Of a stretch of 17,695 nucleotides of DNA, positions 1 to 7,383 are shown one piece after another. A program made the position numbers and the translations under genes. Origin of the DNA: a virus. Taxonomy: Duplodnaviria > Heunggongvirae > Uroviricota > Caudoviricetes. Each line of letters begins with the position of its first letter. Within the stretch, counting starts at the first letter, position 1. Where the stretch lies: positions 1 to 17,695 of IMG/VR virus record IMGVR_UViG_2778261667_000007; one strand, written 5' to 3'. The notes beneath the pieces are model-generated. The model worked only from the letters and a program-made list of their open reading frames with translations. It was not told the origin of the DNA and did not search any database.

Positions 1-21
1 TACCTCTTGCTTCGGTCTCGT

Positions 22-100
22 CCACATTCTCTCTTTCTTTTTTTTTTTTTTTTTACTCCACCCCACACCCACCATCCTCACCCCCTCTCTTTTCGCGGGC
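22..100 (+). repeat. Polypyrimidine low-complexity tract with a T17 homopolymer (38-54) followed by a C-rich stretch; G-rich on the minus strand
   Basis: Read directly: ctctttc + 17 T + actccaccccacacccaccatcctcaccccctctc. Minus strand carries G runs (ggggg, ggg, gggg). Confidence 0.9.
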
Positions 101-176
101 GGCGTCAGATTTTGATAAGAAACAAAGCAAATACTGAATATGCGTCGGTAAACTTGAAAACAATAGGGGGTGATTC

Positions 177-1859
177 ATGGCAACGAAAGACAAAAACAAA
201 GGCTTTCTGTCGGCATTGAAGAAAGCCTTCAGCGGTGGTGATGTTACGCCCGCCGATCCGGTCGTTTTTACGAGCGGGCATAGTGTCGTTGCTCGTTCCG
301 GCCTGTCCGCTTTACGTCCAGGCATCCTGGGGGGCAACAGCGATGGCATGACGAGTGCAGCAGATTCAATTTCTTTATCCGCTGAACTGCCCGGCGAGCG
401 CCTGCAAAAGTACAACATCCTGGAAACGATGGCTAAAAGCCCGACCATCTCGACGGCTTTAAATATTCACATTGCACATGCGCTTGCACCTTCAAAAAAA
501 ACTGGGCTGGCATTCATGCTTGCGCCAAAAGATGGTGCCGACACTGAGGCGGTAAGTAGATGTGAAGAGTTAACCGCAGATTTGGGGATGATGATTAATG
601 ACGGTCTGCCTTCATGGGCCATGATTATGGCGATATTTGGGGTGTCTTATGTCCGACCTTATGCAGAACAGGGTAGGGGAATAACTGGCATTGAATCCAG
701 TTATTACACTCTGCCACACTTCATCCAGGAATTTTATCGCGGTAGCCAGTTGGTCGGTTTCAGTGGTGATTACATTCTGGATACACATAATTTGCGCAGG
801 GTAATAACAGAACCGTGGAATCTTGTTTCCATGAAAAACCCGTATTGGACGCCGCAGCATAAAGTTATTCCGGTTAGCTACGGCACAAAAGGGTACTCAC
901 TGTTAAGTGATCAGGCTGATAAGCCGTTAATGGAGACGCAGAATTACGGAACGTCATTCCTGGAATACAGTTATGAACCCTACCTGAATTTATGTGCTTC
1001 GCTCGCCGCGCTGAAATCAACGCGAAATAATGCAGCCAAAATTGACCGCCTGATTGCTCTTACGACGAACACACTGGATCCGGTTAATGCGGCGAACTAT
1101 ACGCGTGGCGTCAGCCAGGCATTGAAGCGTCATAGTGACCTGGTGGCGCAAAGGTCGATTAATGCCAACGCTATTCCGACGGTGCTTAACCACCTGATAC
1201 CTGTTATGGGAGATGGGAAGAACGGCATCACCATTGATACGCAATCCATACCCGCAGATATCAGTGGTATAGAAGACGTTATGTTTCATCTCAGGCAGCT
1301 TGCCGCAAGCCTAGGAATCGACGCAACAATGCTTGGCTGGGCTGATCAGATGAGTGGTGGACTTGGAGAAGGCGGCTGGCAGCAAACAGCTATCCAGGCC
1401 GCATTACGTGCGAACTGGATCAGGCAGGCGGCTCAGCGAGCTATTTATCGGCTTCTGGACATTCATCTCGCTTATAAATACGGGAAGGTTTACACCGAAA
1501 AAAACCGTCCTTATGACGTGCAATTCAACTCAATGAACACTGCTATCCAGGAAGAGGAAAACCGAGAACTGGATGCGCGCGCCAACTTTGTTGCTGTCAT
1601 CTCCCAAATTATGGATCAGATCCAGAACAACCCGAAACTGGCTGGTAGTGACGCGTTTATGCGTTATCTGTTCACCGAGCAGTTGCACATCGACGATGAC
1701 ACTCTCAACACCATGATCAAAGAGTTTAAGGCGAATGAATCAGAGCAAAACAACGAGCATGGTATGTACGAATCCGCGCCGTTGTCGCCCGGTGACGATC
1801 CGGAAAACTGGACGCCAGAACAGTTAATAAACTTTGCAAAATTTGTGATGAGCAATTAA
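177..1859 (+). CDS. Putative phage head morphogenesis protein, portal-like (560 aa)
   Basis: Long ORF with ATG at 177 and strong SD aggggggtga 4-13 nt upstream. Immediately followed (13-nt gap, SD ggaggg) by a protease/scaffold-like gene, the usual portal-protease arrangement. Product call is by context and size only; no diagnostic motif identified. CDS is near certain, product is not. Confidence 0.4.
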   Translation: MATKDKNKGFLSALKKAFSGGDVTPADPVVFTSGHSVVARSGLSALRPGILGGNSDGMTSAADSISLSAELPGERLQKYNILETMAKSPTISTALNIHIAHALAPSKKTGLAFMLAPKDGADTEAVSRCEELTADLGMMINDGLPSWAMIMAIFGVSYVRPYAEQGRGITGIESSYYTLPHFIQEFYRGSQLVGFSGDYILDTHNLRRVITEPWNLVSMKNPYWTPQHKVIPVSYGTKGYSLLSDQADKPLMETQNYGTSFLEYSYEPYLNLCASLAALKSTRNNAAKIDRLIALTTNTLDPVNAANYTRGVSQALKRHSDLVAQRSINANAIPTVLNHLIPVMGDGKNGITIDTQSIPADISGIEDVMFHLRQLAASLGIDATMLGWADQMSGGLGEGGWQQTAIQAALRANWIRQAAQRAIYRLLDIHLAYKYGKVYTEKNRPYDVQFNSMNTAIQEEENRELDARANFVAVISQIMDQIQNNPKLAGSDAFMRYLFTEQLHIDDDTLNTMIKEFKANESEQNNEHGMYESAPLSPGDDPENWTPEQLINFAKFVMSN

Positions 1860-1872
1860 CCGGAGGGAAATA

Positions 1873-2871
1873 ATGCAATCACTGAACACTGTTACGGATC
1901 GCTTCTCCCTGGTAGAGAAAATCCGCAAACATACACCACAGAACAACCGAAATTACGTTATTCAGTCTGTTCGTGACACATTCAACTCGCCAGAAACAAA
2001 AGAGCGCATTGCACTTGGTGAGATGTATGGTTATTACGGTCATGGTCGTCGAGCGATGCACTATAACAAAACGAAAAGCCTGAACCTGCCGGAAGTCTCT
2101 GTTGTGATGGTTGATGGAAAACCTGTTGTATTGGAGAACGTGCCATCAAACAGGACTATCGACATTTCGATTGACGACAACGGCATTGTTACGCATACGC
2201 AGGAAATACTGGATACAGACACCGGGCGCATTGTTCAGGGCATGATTAATTCTGGTGCCGGTGGTTGGTCATGGGCTACATCTGGCCCAGATTCATCTGT
2301 ATCCCTGGTAAAGTCTTTCCACGGCTTTGATTACGTAACTGTGCCTAACTATATCAGTCTGGACAAGAAAAGCCTGATGCTGGAATCAGCAGAAGAGCGC
2401 GACGCGGCTATTCATGCGGCACTTATCGAACAAGGTTTTACGGATAACGCGGCTACGGATCTGGTTCACCACTTTTCAGCAATGAAGAGTCAGCAAGCAA
2501 TGCTCGAATCTGCACATCGTGAAGCTTTGGAATCTGAATTGATGCTCCTTGAAGTAGAAAACATACAACTTCGAGATAAGCTGCGCGCTCAAACAGCGAT
2601 GATGGAAAGCCAGGGTGAAAACGCAAAGCAATGCCGCCGGATTTTGCGTGACGCTATCCAGGAACTGCCAGTCTTTATCAGTGCAGAACAGCGCCGGGCG
2701 CTCTGCCGTATGCAGTCTGAAGATGATGCTCGCATAGTGGCTGCGATGCTTGAATCTTTGGGGGCAAATGCGACTTATGGCTTACCGGTATCAGGCAAGA
2801 AAGAGCCGGAGTTATCACCGAAGGAGAATAAAAATACCACACCATTAATCTTCGTTTCACGAAGGGTGTGA
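1873..2871 (+). CDS. Putative prohead protease / scaffold-like protein (332 aa)
   Basis: ATG at 1873 with SD ggaggg. N-terminal half has His/Ser-containing motifs (GYYGHG, GGWSWATSG) compatible with a prohead serine protease; C-terminal half is a predicted coiled coil (LESELMLLEVENIQLRDKLRAQ), scaffold-like. Operon ends at the terminator at 2985-3010. Confidence 0.4.
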   Translation: MQSLNTVTDRFSLVEKIRKHTPQNNRNYVIQSVRDTFNSPETKERIALGEMYGYYGHGRRAMHYNKTKSLNLPEVSVVMVDGKPVVLENVPSNRTIDISIDDNGIVTHTQEILDTDTGRIVQGMINSGAGGWSWATSGPDSSVSLVKSFHGFDYVTVPNYISLDKKSLMLESAEERDAAIHAALIEQGFTDNAATDLVHHFSAMKSQQAMLESAHREALESELMLLEVENIQLRDKLRAQTAMMESQGENAKQCRRILRDAIQELPVFISAEQRRALCRMQSEDDARIVAAMLESLGANATYGLPVSGKKEPELSPKENKNTTPLIFVSRRV

Positions 2872-2874
2872 TTG

Positions 2875-2900
2875 CGTTGAAAAATTAAATTTCTAACATA
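2875..2900 (-). promoter_or_regulatory. Recurrent motif copy 1 (minus orientation): TATGTTAGAAATTTAATTTTTCAA
   Basis: Reverse complement of 2875-2900 reads tatgttagaaatttaatttttcaacg, near-identical to the motif at 16362-16384 (tatgttagaaaactaattttccaa). Confidence 0.4.
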
Positions 2901-2917
2901 GTGTATTTATATACACT
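2900..2917. promoter_or_regulatory. Perfect 7-bp inverted repeat AGTGTAT-ttat-ATACACT, candidate dimeric regulator site; three GATC sites follow at 2921-2949
   Basis: Read directly; a related half-site (GTGTATAAATCCACTG) lies at 3011-3026 on the other side of the terminator, and GTGTAT recurs at 17641-17646. Confidence 0.3.
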
Positions 2918-2984
2918 GTTGATCCTGGTAGATGGGATCGAGTAGGATCGCGGTCACTGCTCCGGTAGCGACGGCTAAAAAAGC

Positions 2985-3010
2985 AAAAGCCGCTGAGAAG
3001 CGGCTTTTTG
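2985..3010 (+). terminator. Rho-independent terminator (bidirectional-looking)
   Basis: Stem gccgct (2989-2994) / agcggc (2999-3004), loop gaga, then TTTTT (3005-3009); the A-run upstream (2985-2988) gives a U-tract on the opposite strand too. Confidence 0.8.
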
Positions 3011-3070
3011 GGTGTATAAATCCACTGCCATAGATTTATACGGTAGATAGATTTTTCACGGAACTATCTG

Positions 3071-4033
3071 ATGAGTATTTTAAATTCAGTTCCAGTAACT
3101 TTCAACACTTCTGAGTATAAAAACAACACTGAATACCACAAAAAAATCAAAGGTCATCAGTTGAGTTTTTTTGCTCGTCATAGCGGTTTTCTTTCCCCTT
3201 CACATAGCGCCATTATTGCCGAGTTCGCCAACCTGGCAGGGGCTACCGATGAATACATGATCCGTCGCTCATATGCTGATATGTCCGAGATTACAGGACG
3301 CAGTATTTCTACTGTGCGCCGGGCATTTACCGAAGCGACGAAGTGCGGAATGCTTGTTAAGCAGCATCAGGTAGCGAATAACAATGCTCAGGTGTGTAAC
3401 GTGTACCGGTTTACAACACAATTTCTCCACTTCATTCATATTGCAATGGAGATAGGGGGTAAGCAGGGCATCAAATTTGCCAACGCCACAAAACTGGTTA
3501 AGCAGTTGATTTCAAAAGTTCGTTATTTTTTTGAAACTGGGAACCCCCTGTTCAAATTGAACAAGCCCCCCCATGTTCAAAATGAACAGCCAATAGAAAA
3601 TAAGAGTCACTCTATAGCCAAAAGAAGAGAAAGATCATGCGCGGTTCAGCCAAAGGCTTCACCAGCAGATAGTTCTCAAGCGGATAATGGGGGGCTGGAT
3701 AAAAAAACAGTAATCAGGGAAGAACATACCAACCACTGCCTGGCGGCGGCAAAAGCGAGAGCTGCAAAGCGTCGTTCAGACGAGGGGCACGCAAAACGGC
3801 AGGCTCTGTATCGTACCGCTGAAAAGCTGGCAAAAAAATTTGCATGGATACGTAGTGCCGCTACCGCAGTGAATAAGCCTAAACAATCCAGTGCCCTGGA
3901 TTTCTCAATGGATTATTCTGGCTCCCAGGGATGTGCAACCATTGGTGAAGCCTTTGACCTGATGAAACAGCGTGGCTATCGGTCTGAATTTGACCGTGAG
4001 GATTGGTCAATACCTGCGGGATTTAGGGGGTGA
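3071..4033 (+). CDS. HTH DNA-binding protein (320 aa), candidate replication initiator or regulator
   Basis: Helix-turn-helix-like segment ITGRSISTVRRAFTEATKCGMLV; basic, low-complexity C-terminal half. The coding region contains two palindromes separated by poly-C (3549-3586). Weak SD at the start. Confidence 0.5.
   Translation: MSILNSVPVTFNTSEYKNNTEYHKKIKGHQLSFFARHSGFLSPSHSAIIAEFANLAGATDEYMIRRSYADMSEITGRSISTVRRAFTEATKCGMLVKQHQVANNNAQVCNVYRFTTQFLHFIHIAMEIGGKQGIKFANATKLVKQLISKVRYFFETGNPLFKLNKPPHVQNEQPIENKSHSIAKRRERSCAVQPKASPADSSQADNGGLDKKTVIREEHTNHCLAAAKARAAKRRSDEGHAKRQALYRTAEKLAKKFAWIRSAATAVNKPKQSSALDFSMDYSGSQGCATIGEAFDLMKQRGYRSEFDREDWSIPAGFRG
3549..3586. repeat. Two adjacent palindromes inside the 320-aa CDS: TGTTCAA-a-TTGAACA (3549-3563) and TGTTCA-aaa-TGAACA (3574-3588), each preceded by a C-run
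   Basis: Read directly from sequence ccccctgttcaaattgaacaagcccccccatgttcaaaatgaacag. Confidence 0.85.
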
Positions 4034-4086
4034 CCTGTGTGTCTACAAAACATCCCAATGATCGGAAAATGCTCGTTCGATAATTT

Positions 4087-4116
4087 GTGTTAGAAAATTA
4101 ATTTGCCGTTTCTAAA
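4087..4116 (+). promoter_or_regulatory. Recurrent motif copy 2: GTGTTAGAAAATTAATTT, with inverted partner TTTCTAA (7-bp arms TTAGAAA / TTTCTAA)
   Basis: Read directly; lies about 60 bp upstream of the predicted immI promoter. Candidate operator for a global repressor. Confidence 0.4.
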
Positions 4117-4171
4117 TCAGAATGTATGATCTGCATCATCGATTAAAGTCATCCATTGCTGAAATTTTTAG

Positions 4172-4200
4172 TTGATCTTCCATGTTTTCAGGCTTATATT
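4172..4200 (+). promoter_or_regulatory. Sigma70-type promoter (TTGATC - 17 bp - TATATT) for the c4-like / icd / ant transcript
   Basis: -35 TTGATC 4172-4177, 17-bp spacer, -10 TATATT 4195-4200; predicted TSS near 4207. Confidence 0.5.
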
Positions 4201-4299
4201 CATGCCGTCGTAGCAAATTCTGCGACCGGGTTTGACAGCCTGAATACTTACGCGGACAACCGCACATTTCCGATATTGCGGTATTTTTGTGTCCGTAAA

Positions 4300-4390
4300 A
4301 CCACGTTACGCCCGAATTATGGTGGGGCGTGATGGGGAGGCTTCGGCCTGCTGGTTTCGTAAGTGCCAGTCTGTCAACCCTGTCACGTCC
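4300..4390 (+). ncRNA. c4-like antisense regulatory RNA (immI-type); ends approximate
   Basis: Element b' CGTAAGT (4358-4364) is the exact complement of ACTTACG in the upstream leader (4246-4252) and at the icd-like SD (4429-4435); a' CTGTCAA (4371-4377) is the exact complement of TTGACAG at 4232-4238 and 4401-4407. This a1b1 - b'a' - a2b2 layout matches the P1/P7 immI architecture. Flanking hairpins: acgccc/gggcgt (4308-4330) and a UUCG tetraloop stem (4338-4349). Confidence 0.5.
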
Positions 4391-4446
4391 TGCCACCTGT
4401 TTGACAGCGGGTCGCAGGTTGTTTATCAACTTACGAGGCCGTAACT

Positions 4447-4671
4447 ATGGTTAATGCCAATCCTTGCTCACGTCCAGAATTCATCTGGCGTTTCCACTCT
4501 CTGCAAAAACACTGCGATCATTTCGCAATTGCCGCAACCGAAAAAGAAGCCCGTTCTCTGATCCCTGATCAACATGGCGTCCTGACTGGCCGTTTCTCTA
4601 CTTCCTCACAACCAAACACTAATCCCTGGTATCGCAATATTACCAATCCCGGCATTGCGGAGGCACACTGA
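4447..4671 (+). CDS. Icd-like small protein (74 aa), first ORF of the immI-type operon
   Basis: ATG 4447 with SD gagg (4434-4437) lying inside the b2 target element; stop TGA overlaps the next gene's ATG (TGATG at 4669-4673), indicating translational coupling as in P1 icd-ant. Confidence 0.5.
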   Translation: MVNANPCSRPEFIWRFHSLQKHCDHFAIAATEKEARSLIPDQHGVLTGRFSTSSQPNTNPWYRNITNPGIAEAH

Positions 4672-5378
4672 TGGAAATCTGCATTCTTGAAAAGCCATCA
4701 ATGACTAGCATTGAGATCGCGGAGCTGGTGGGAAGTCGTCACTCTGATGTTAAACGCAGCATCGAAAGACTTGTTGCTAAAGGAATTATCCAACATACGC
4801 CATTGGCTACAGTTGAGAATAATCAATCACTTAGCCCTAATAAATACACAAAAGCCTATTTCTTCGAAGGCGAACAAGGCAAACGCGATAGCATCATTGT
4901 CGTCGCGCAGCTCTCTCCGGAATTCACCGCCCGGCTGGTGGACCGCTGGCGCGAACTGGAAGAACAAGCACGCCAGCCGTTGACCGAAATAGAGATGATC
5001 GCCGCAATGGCTGCAAATGCAGTTCAGCAGCAAAAGCGGCTTCATGCTGTTGAGTCAAAGGTTAGCCAGGTCGCTGAAACCGTCGAGAAAATAAAGAAAG
5101 GCAATATTCCGGAAGGTTACATTGGCTACCGCCAGTTGGCGGCGAAATGCGGCCTGACTGAAGCCAAATGCCGCAACCTTGTCAACGCTTACCGGATCCC
5201 CACCGATACACATGAGTTTTTAACTCCCGAGGGGGTATTGTCGCGTCGTTCCATCGTGGCCTTATCTCCCTTCATGAATGCTTTTAACCGGATGATGTCG
5301 GAGGCTGAACACCGAGGAAAACGCTGGTATCACCCCAAAATGGGGCAATTCCAGGTGATCGGTTGGGGAGGTGAGTGA
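4671..5378 (+). CDS. Rha-family phage regulatory protein / putative antirepressor (235 aa)
   Basis: N-terminus MTSIEIAELVGSRHSDVKRSIERL matches the Phage_pRha signature (TS..IAE..GkRH.dV.R.I..L). Start overlaps the stop of the upstream small ORF. Confidence 0.6.
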   Translation: MEICILEKPSMTSIEIAELVGSRHSDVKRSIERLVAKGIIQHTPLATVENNQSLSPNKYTKAYFFEGEQGKRDSIIVVAQLSPEFTARLVDRWRELEEQARQPLTEIEMIAAMAANAVQQQKRLHAVESKVSQVAETVEKIKKGNIPEGYIGYRQLAAKCGLTEAKCRNLVNAYRIPTDTHEFLTPEGVLSRRSIVALSPFMNAFNRMMSEAEHRGKRWYHPKMGQFQVIGWGGE

Positions 5379-5575
5379 TGGACATCATGCAGGCGGTAAA
5401 AAAAATCAGGGAAGGACAGGCTGAAGTGTGCCGCCGTAAAGCATGGAGTGTTGGTGTATGGGCCTGGCCTGATAATTACTCTACTACCGGATGGTTTTGT
5501 ATTAATGGACTCCAGATCCGGGAAGTTGATTTATCGACGGCTGATATAGTCGGTAATGATTGGATCGTGACTTGA
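5378..5575 (+). CDS. DUF2829-like small protein (65 aa from ATG 5378; ORF track gives GTG 5375), possible Tad2-like anti-defence sponge
   Basis: Pattern IMQAVKKIREGQAEVCRRKAW ... VDLSTADIVGNDWIV resembles the DUF2829 consensus (FGEALEALKAGKKVARKGW ... DLLAEDWEIV). GGAGG SD at 5367-5371 sits 6 nt before ATG 5378; ATG overlaps the upstream stop (TGATG). Confidence 0.5.
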   Translation: MDIMQAVKKIREGQAEVCRRKAWSVGVWAWPDNYSTTGWFCINGLQIREVDLSTADIVGNDWIVT

Positions 5576-5583
5576 AGCGTGAT

Positions 5584-5607
5584 GCCCCGGCCAGGCCGGG
5601 GCTTTTT
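5584..5607 (+). terminator. Rho-independent terminator shared by convergent genes
   Basis: Stem gccccgg (5584-5590) / ccggggc (5596-5602), then TTTTT (5603-5607). The T-run overlaps the stop codon of the minus-strand peptidase gene. Confidence 0.75.
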
Positions 5608-6092
5608 CATGCCTCATTAGTTGAGGTTGCTGCGTCTCCGAATGGTAACAGAGCGGTATTGCGTGGTTCGCCAGCAGGCCAGCGATAGCCAGACACTCTT
5701 GATGTTGGGAATGCGCGAATATTAACCGCATCCCCCTGGTTCCCACCCAAGACAAGCAGATCGCCATTGGCGCGGCGTCCGACAACAAAGCCTACGTGCC
5801 CACCGCCTACGCGGGTAAATACAACGATACATCCGTATGCCGGTGTATCTAATTTCTCGCCCCAATCCAGATAGGATTTTGCCGACTCAAATCTTGTTGA
5901 GCGGATGCCTACACGTTCCAGCATTGCACCGACAAATGCTGCGCACCACGGCGTTTCATCGTCTTTAATTCCGCCGCGCTTGATGTCGCGCCAGAACTGA
6001 ACGATTTCAGGGTTGTGTTTAGCGCCTTTTATTTCAGTCAGGCCAATGTGCTTACGGGCTTCAATTAGCCAGCGAGGTTCAATGTTTGCCAT
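5607..6092 (-). CDS. CHAP / NlpC-P60-like peptidase (TIGR02594-like phage protein), putative cell-wall hydrolase (161 aa)
   Basis: Conserved-looking Cys and His motifs (DETPWCAAFV, GGGHVGFVVG, LVLGGNQGDAVNI, GYRWP). SD ggag 8 nt upstream of ATG 6092. The start lies within about 20-40 bp of the predicted IS right end. Confidence 0.6.
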   Translation of the reverse strand: MANIEPRWLIEARKHIGLTEIKGAKHNPEIVQFWRDIKRGGIKDDETPWCAAFVGAMLERVGIRSTRFESAKSYLDWGEKLDTPAYGCIVVFTRVGGGHVGFVVGRRANGDLLVLGGNQGDAVNIRAFPTSRVSGYRWPAGEPRNTALLPFGDAATSTNEA

Positions 6093-6104
6093 ATTTTTCT
6101 CCCG

Positions 6105-6330
6105 GTCATGGGTTAATAAGTAGGCAAACTATGGGGAGTATGTGATTTTGACGGTAGTATCGTCCCCGTGACTACTCCCCGCTCTGTCTGGCGAGGCTTC
6201 CCACTTCTTAGGCAGCAACCGTCTGTATGACGGATTTACGCTGGCCTCCATGGACAGAAACGACGAGTCCCGCCGCCTGTAGTTCCAGTATTCCTTTTTG
6301 CCGGATATTGAGCGCCGCATTGATGTCGCG
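6105..6330 (-). ncRNA. Candidate omega-RNA (reRNA) guide scaffold of TnpB, overlapping the tnpB 3' end and IS right end; extent approximate
   Basis: Established architecture of IS200/IS605 elements (omega-RNA derived from the tnpB 3' end and RE) plus the multi-stem structure seen at 6134-6181. Not confirmed by covariance model. Confidence 0.3.
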
Positions 6331-7383
6331 ATCATGTTCAATACTGCATTCCGGGCATCGCCAGATGCGTTTATGAAGCGGCATTTCCGGCATTTTGTAA
6401 CCACAACAATGGCACGTTTTCGAACTGGCAAACCACTGGTCGAGTTTTACCAGGTGAACGCCTTTTTCCGCTGCCTTGTACTCCAGCTTTGTGATGAAGC
6501 TATGCCAGCCTGCATCACCTATCGCTCTTGCCAGATTGTGGTTTTTCATCATGTTGGCTGTTTTCAGCGTCTCGACAATTACCGCTTGGTTTTCGTCAAC
6601 AATTGCACGAGAGAGCTTGTGTTGAAAATCAGCACGGGCATTAGCCACCCGTTCGTGTAACGCTGCCAGACGGATTCTGGCCTTTTTACGATTCGCGCTT
6701 CCCTTTTGCTTGCGGGATAAGGCTTTTTGTTTGCGTCGCAAATTACGGCTGGCATTGATGAGATGGCGGGGATTTGCAATTTTTACCCCATCAGACTTGA
6801 TGGCAAAGTGCGATAATCCCATATCTATCCCCGTCACGCGGGATATCATGGAAGGTCTGGCTGGCGTTTCCATGCCATCATCGCAGAGTAGCGATGCATA
6901 ATATTTCCCCGTCGCAGAACGAGTGATAGTGATGCTTTTCAGCTTTCCATGAAGTTCACGATGAAGGCGTGCCTCAATCGGGGAAAGTTTGGGGATTTTG
7001 ATGGCATTATCCAGCACCTTAACTCCGACACAGTGATAGCTGGATTGCCAGCCGTTCTTTCTCTTGAAAGTCGGAAACCGGGCTTTCAGCTTCGGATTAA
7101 AAAAGTTGGAAAATGCCACATCAAGATTAATTACCGCCTGTTGCAATGCCATTGAATCAAACTCTTTGAGCCAGGCATACCTGCGGGACTTTTTGGCCAC
7201 AGACAACAACGGTTTCAGATCGTTACGCGGACTTAAATTTACTCCGTGTCTCTGGTAAGCATGTTTTTTGATGTGAAGAGCTTTATTGTACGCAAAGCGT
7301 ACCGCGCCGAACTGGGCATTGAGATACTTTGCCTGTTCCGGTGTTGAATAGATGCGTACTTTTGTTGCTCTTAACATAGTCAC
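6208..7383 (-). CDS. tnpB: IS200/IS605-family TnpB (RNA-guided RuvC-like nuclease), 391 aa
   Basis: RuvC-I (TGIDMGLSHFA), RuvC-II (VIVETLK), zinc finger (CHCCGY ... CPECS) and RuvC-III (HDRDINAALNI) in canonical order. Start is GTG at 7383 or ATG two codons later (7377). Confidence 0.9.
   Translation of the reverse strand: MTMLRATKVRIYSTPEQAKYLNAQFGAVRFAYNKALHIKKHAYQRHGVNLSPRNDLKPLLSVAKKSRRYAWLKEFDSMALQQAVINLDVAFSNFFNPKLKARFPTFKRKNGWQSSYHCVGVKVLDNAIKIPKLSPIEARLHRELHGKLKSITITRSATGKYYASLLCDDGMETPARPSMISRVTGIDMGLSHFAIKSDGVKIANPRHLINASRNLRRKQKALSRKQKGSANRKKARIRLAALHERVANARADFQHKLSRAIVDENQAVIVETLKTANMMKNHNLARAIGDAGWHSFITKLEYKAAEKGVHLVKLDQWFASSKTCHCCGYKMPEMPLHKRIWRCPECSIEHDRDINAALNIRQKGILELQAAGLVVSVHGGQRKSVIQTVAA

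Noticed and set aside
7-219. 70-aa ORF starting at position 7 (MLRSRPHSLFLFFFFF...)
   Set aside because: Translation is dominated by the poly-T/poly-C tract (poly-Phe, Pro/His-rich), is out of frame with and overlaps the strongly supported gene at 177; an artefact of low-complexity DNA.
3546-3590. LexA (SOS) boxes at the TGTTCA...TGAACA palindromes
   Set aside because: LexA consensus is CTGT-N8-ACAG; spacing here is off by one or more in both palindromes and flanking bases do not match.
4136-4429. Minus-strand 97-aa ORF spanning the immunity control region
   Set aside because: The region is better explained by a plus-strand promoter, structured RNA with complementary elements, and the SD of the icd-like gene. 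The ORF has no RBS and a Cys/Arg-rich translation.
4711-4983. 90-aa plus-strand ORF inside the Rha/Ant-like gene, and 72-aa minus ORF at 4827-5045
   Set aside because: Alternative frames of a region whose primary frame carries a recognisable Rha domain; no independent start signals.
6129-6660. ORFs overlapping tnpB in other frames (6129-6431 minus, 6298-6660 plus) as a possible tnpA
   Set aside because: Neither shows the HuH/Y1 transposase signature (His-hydrophobic-His, catalytic Tyr); both overlap the tnpB reading frame. The element is interpreted as tnpB-only.
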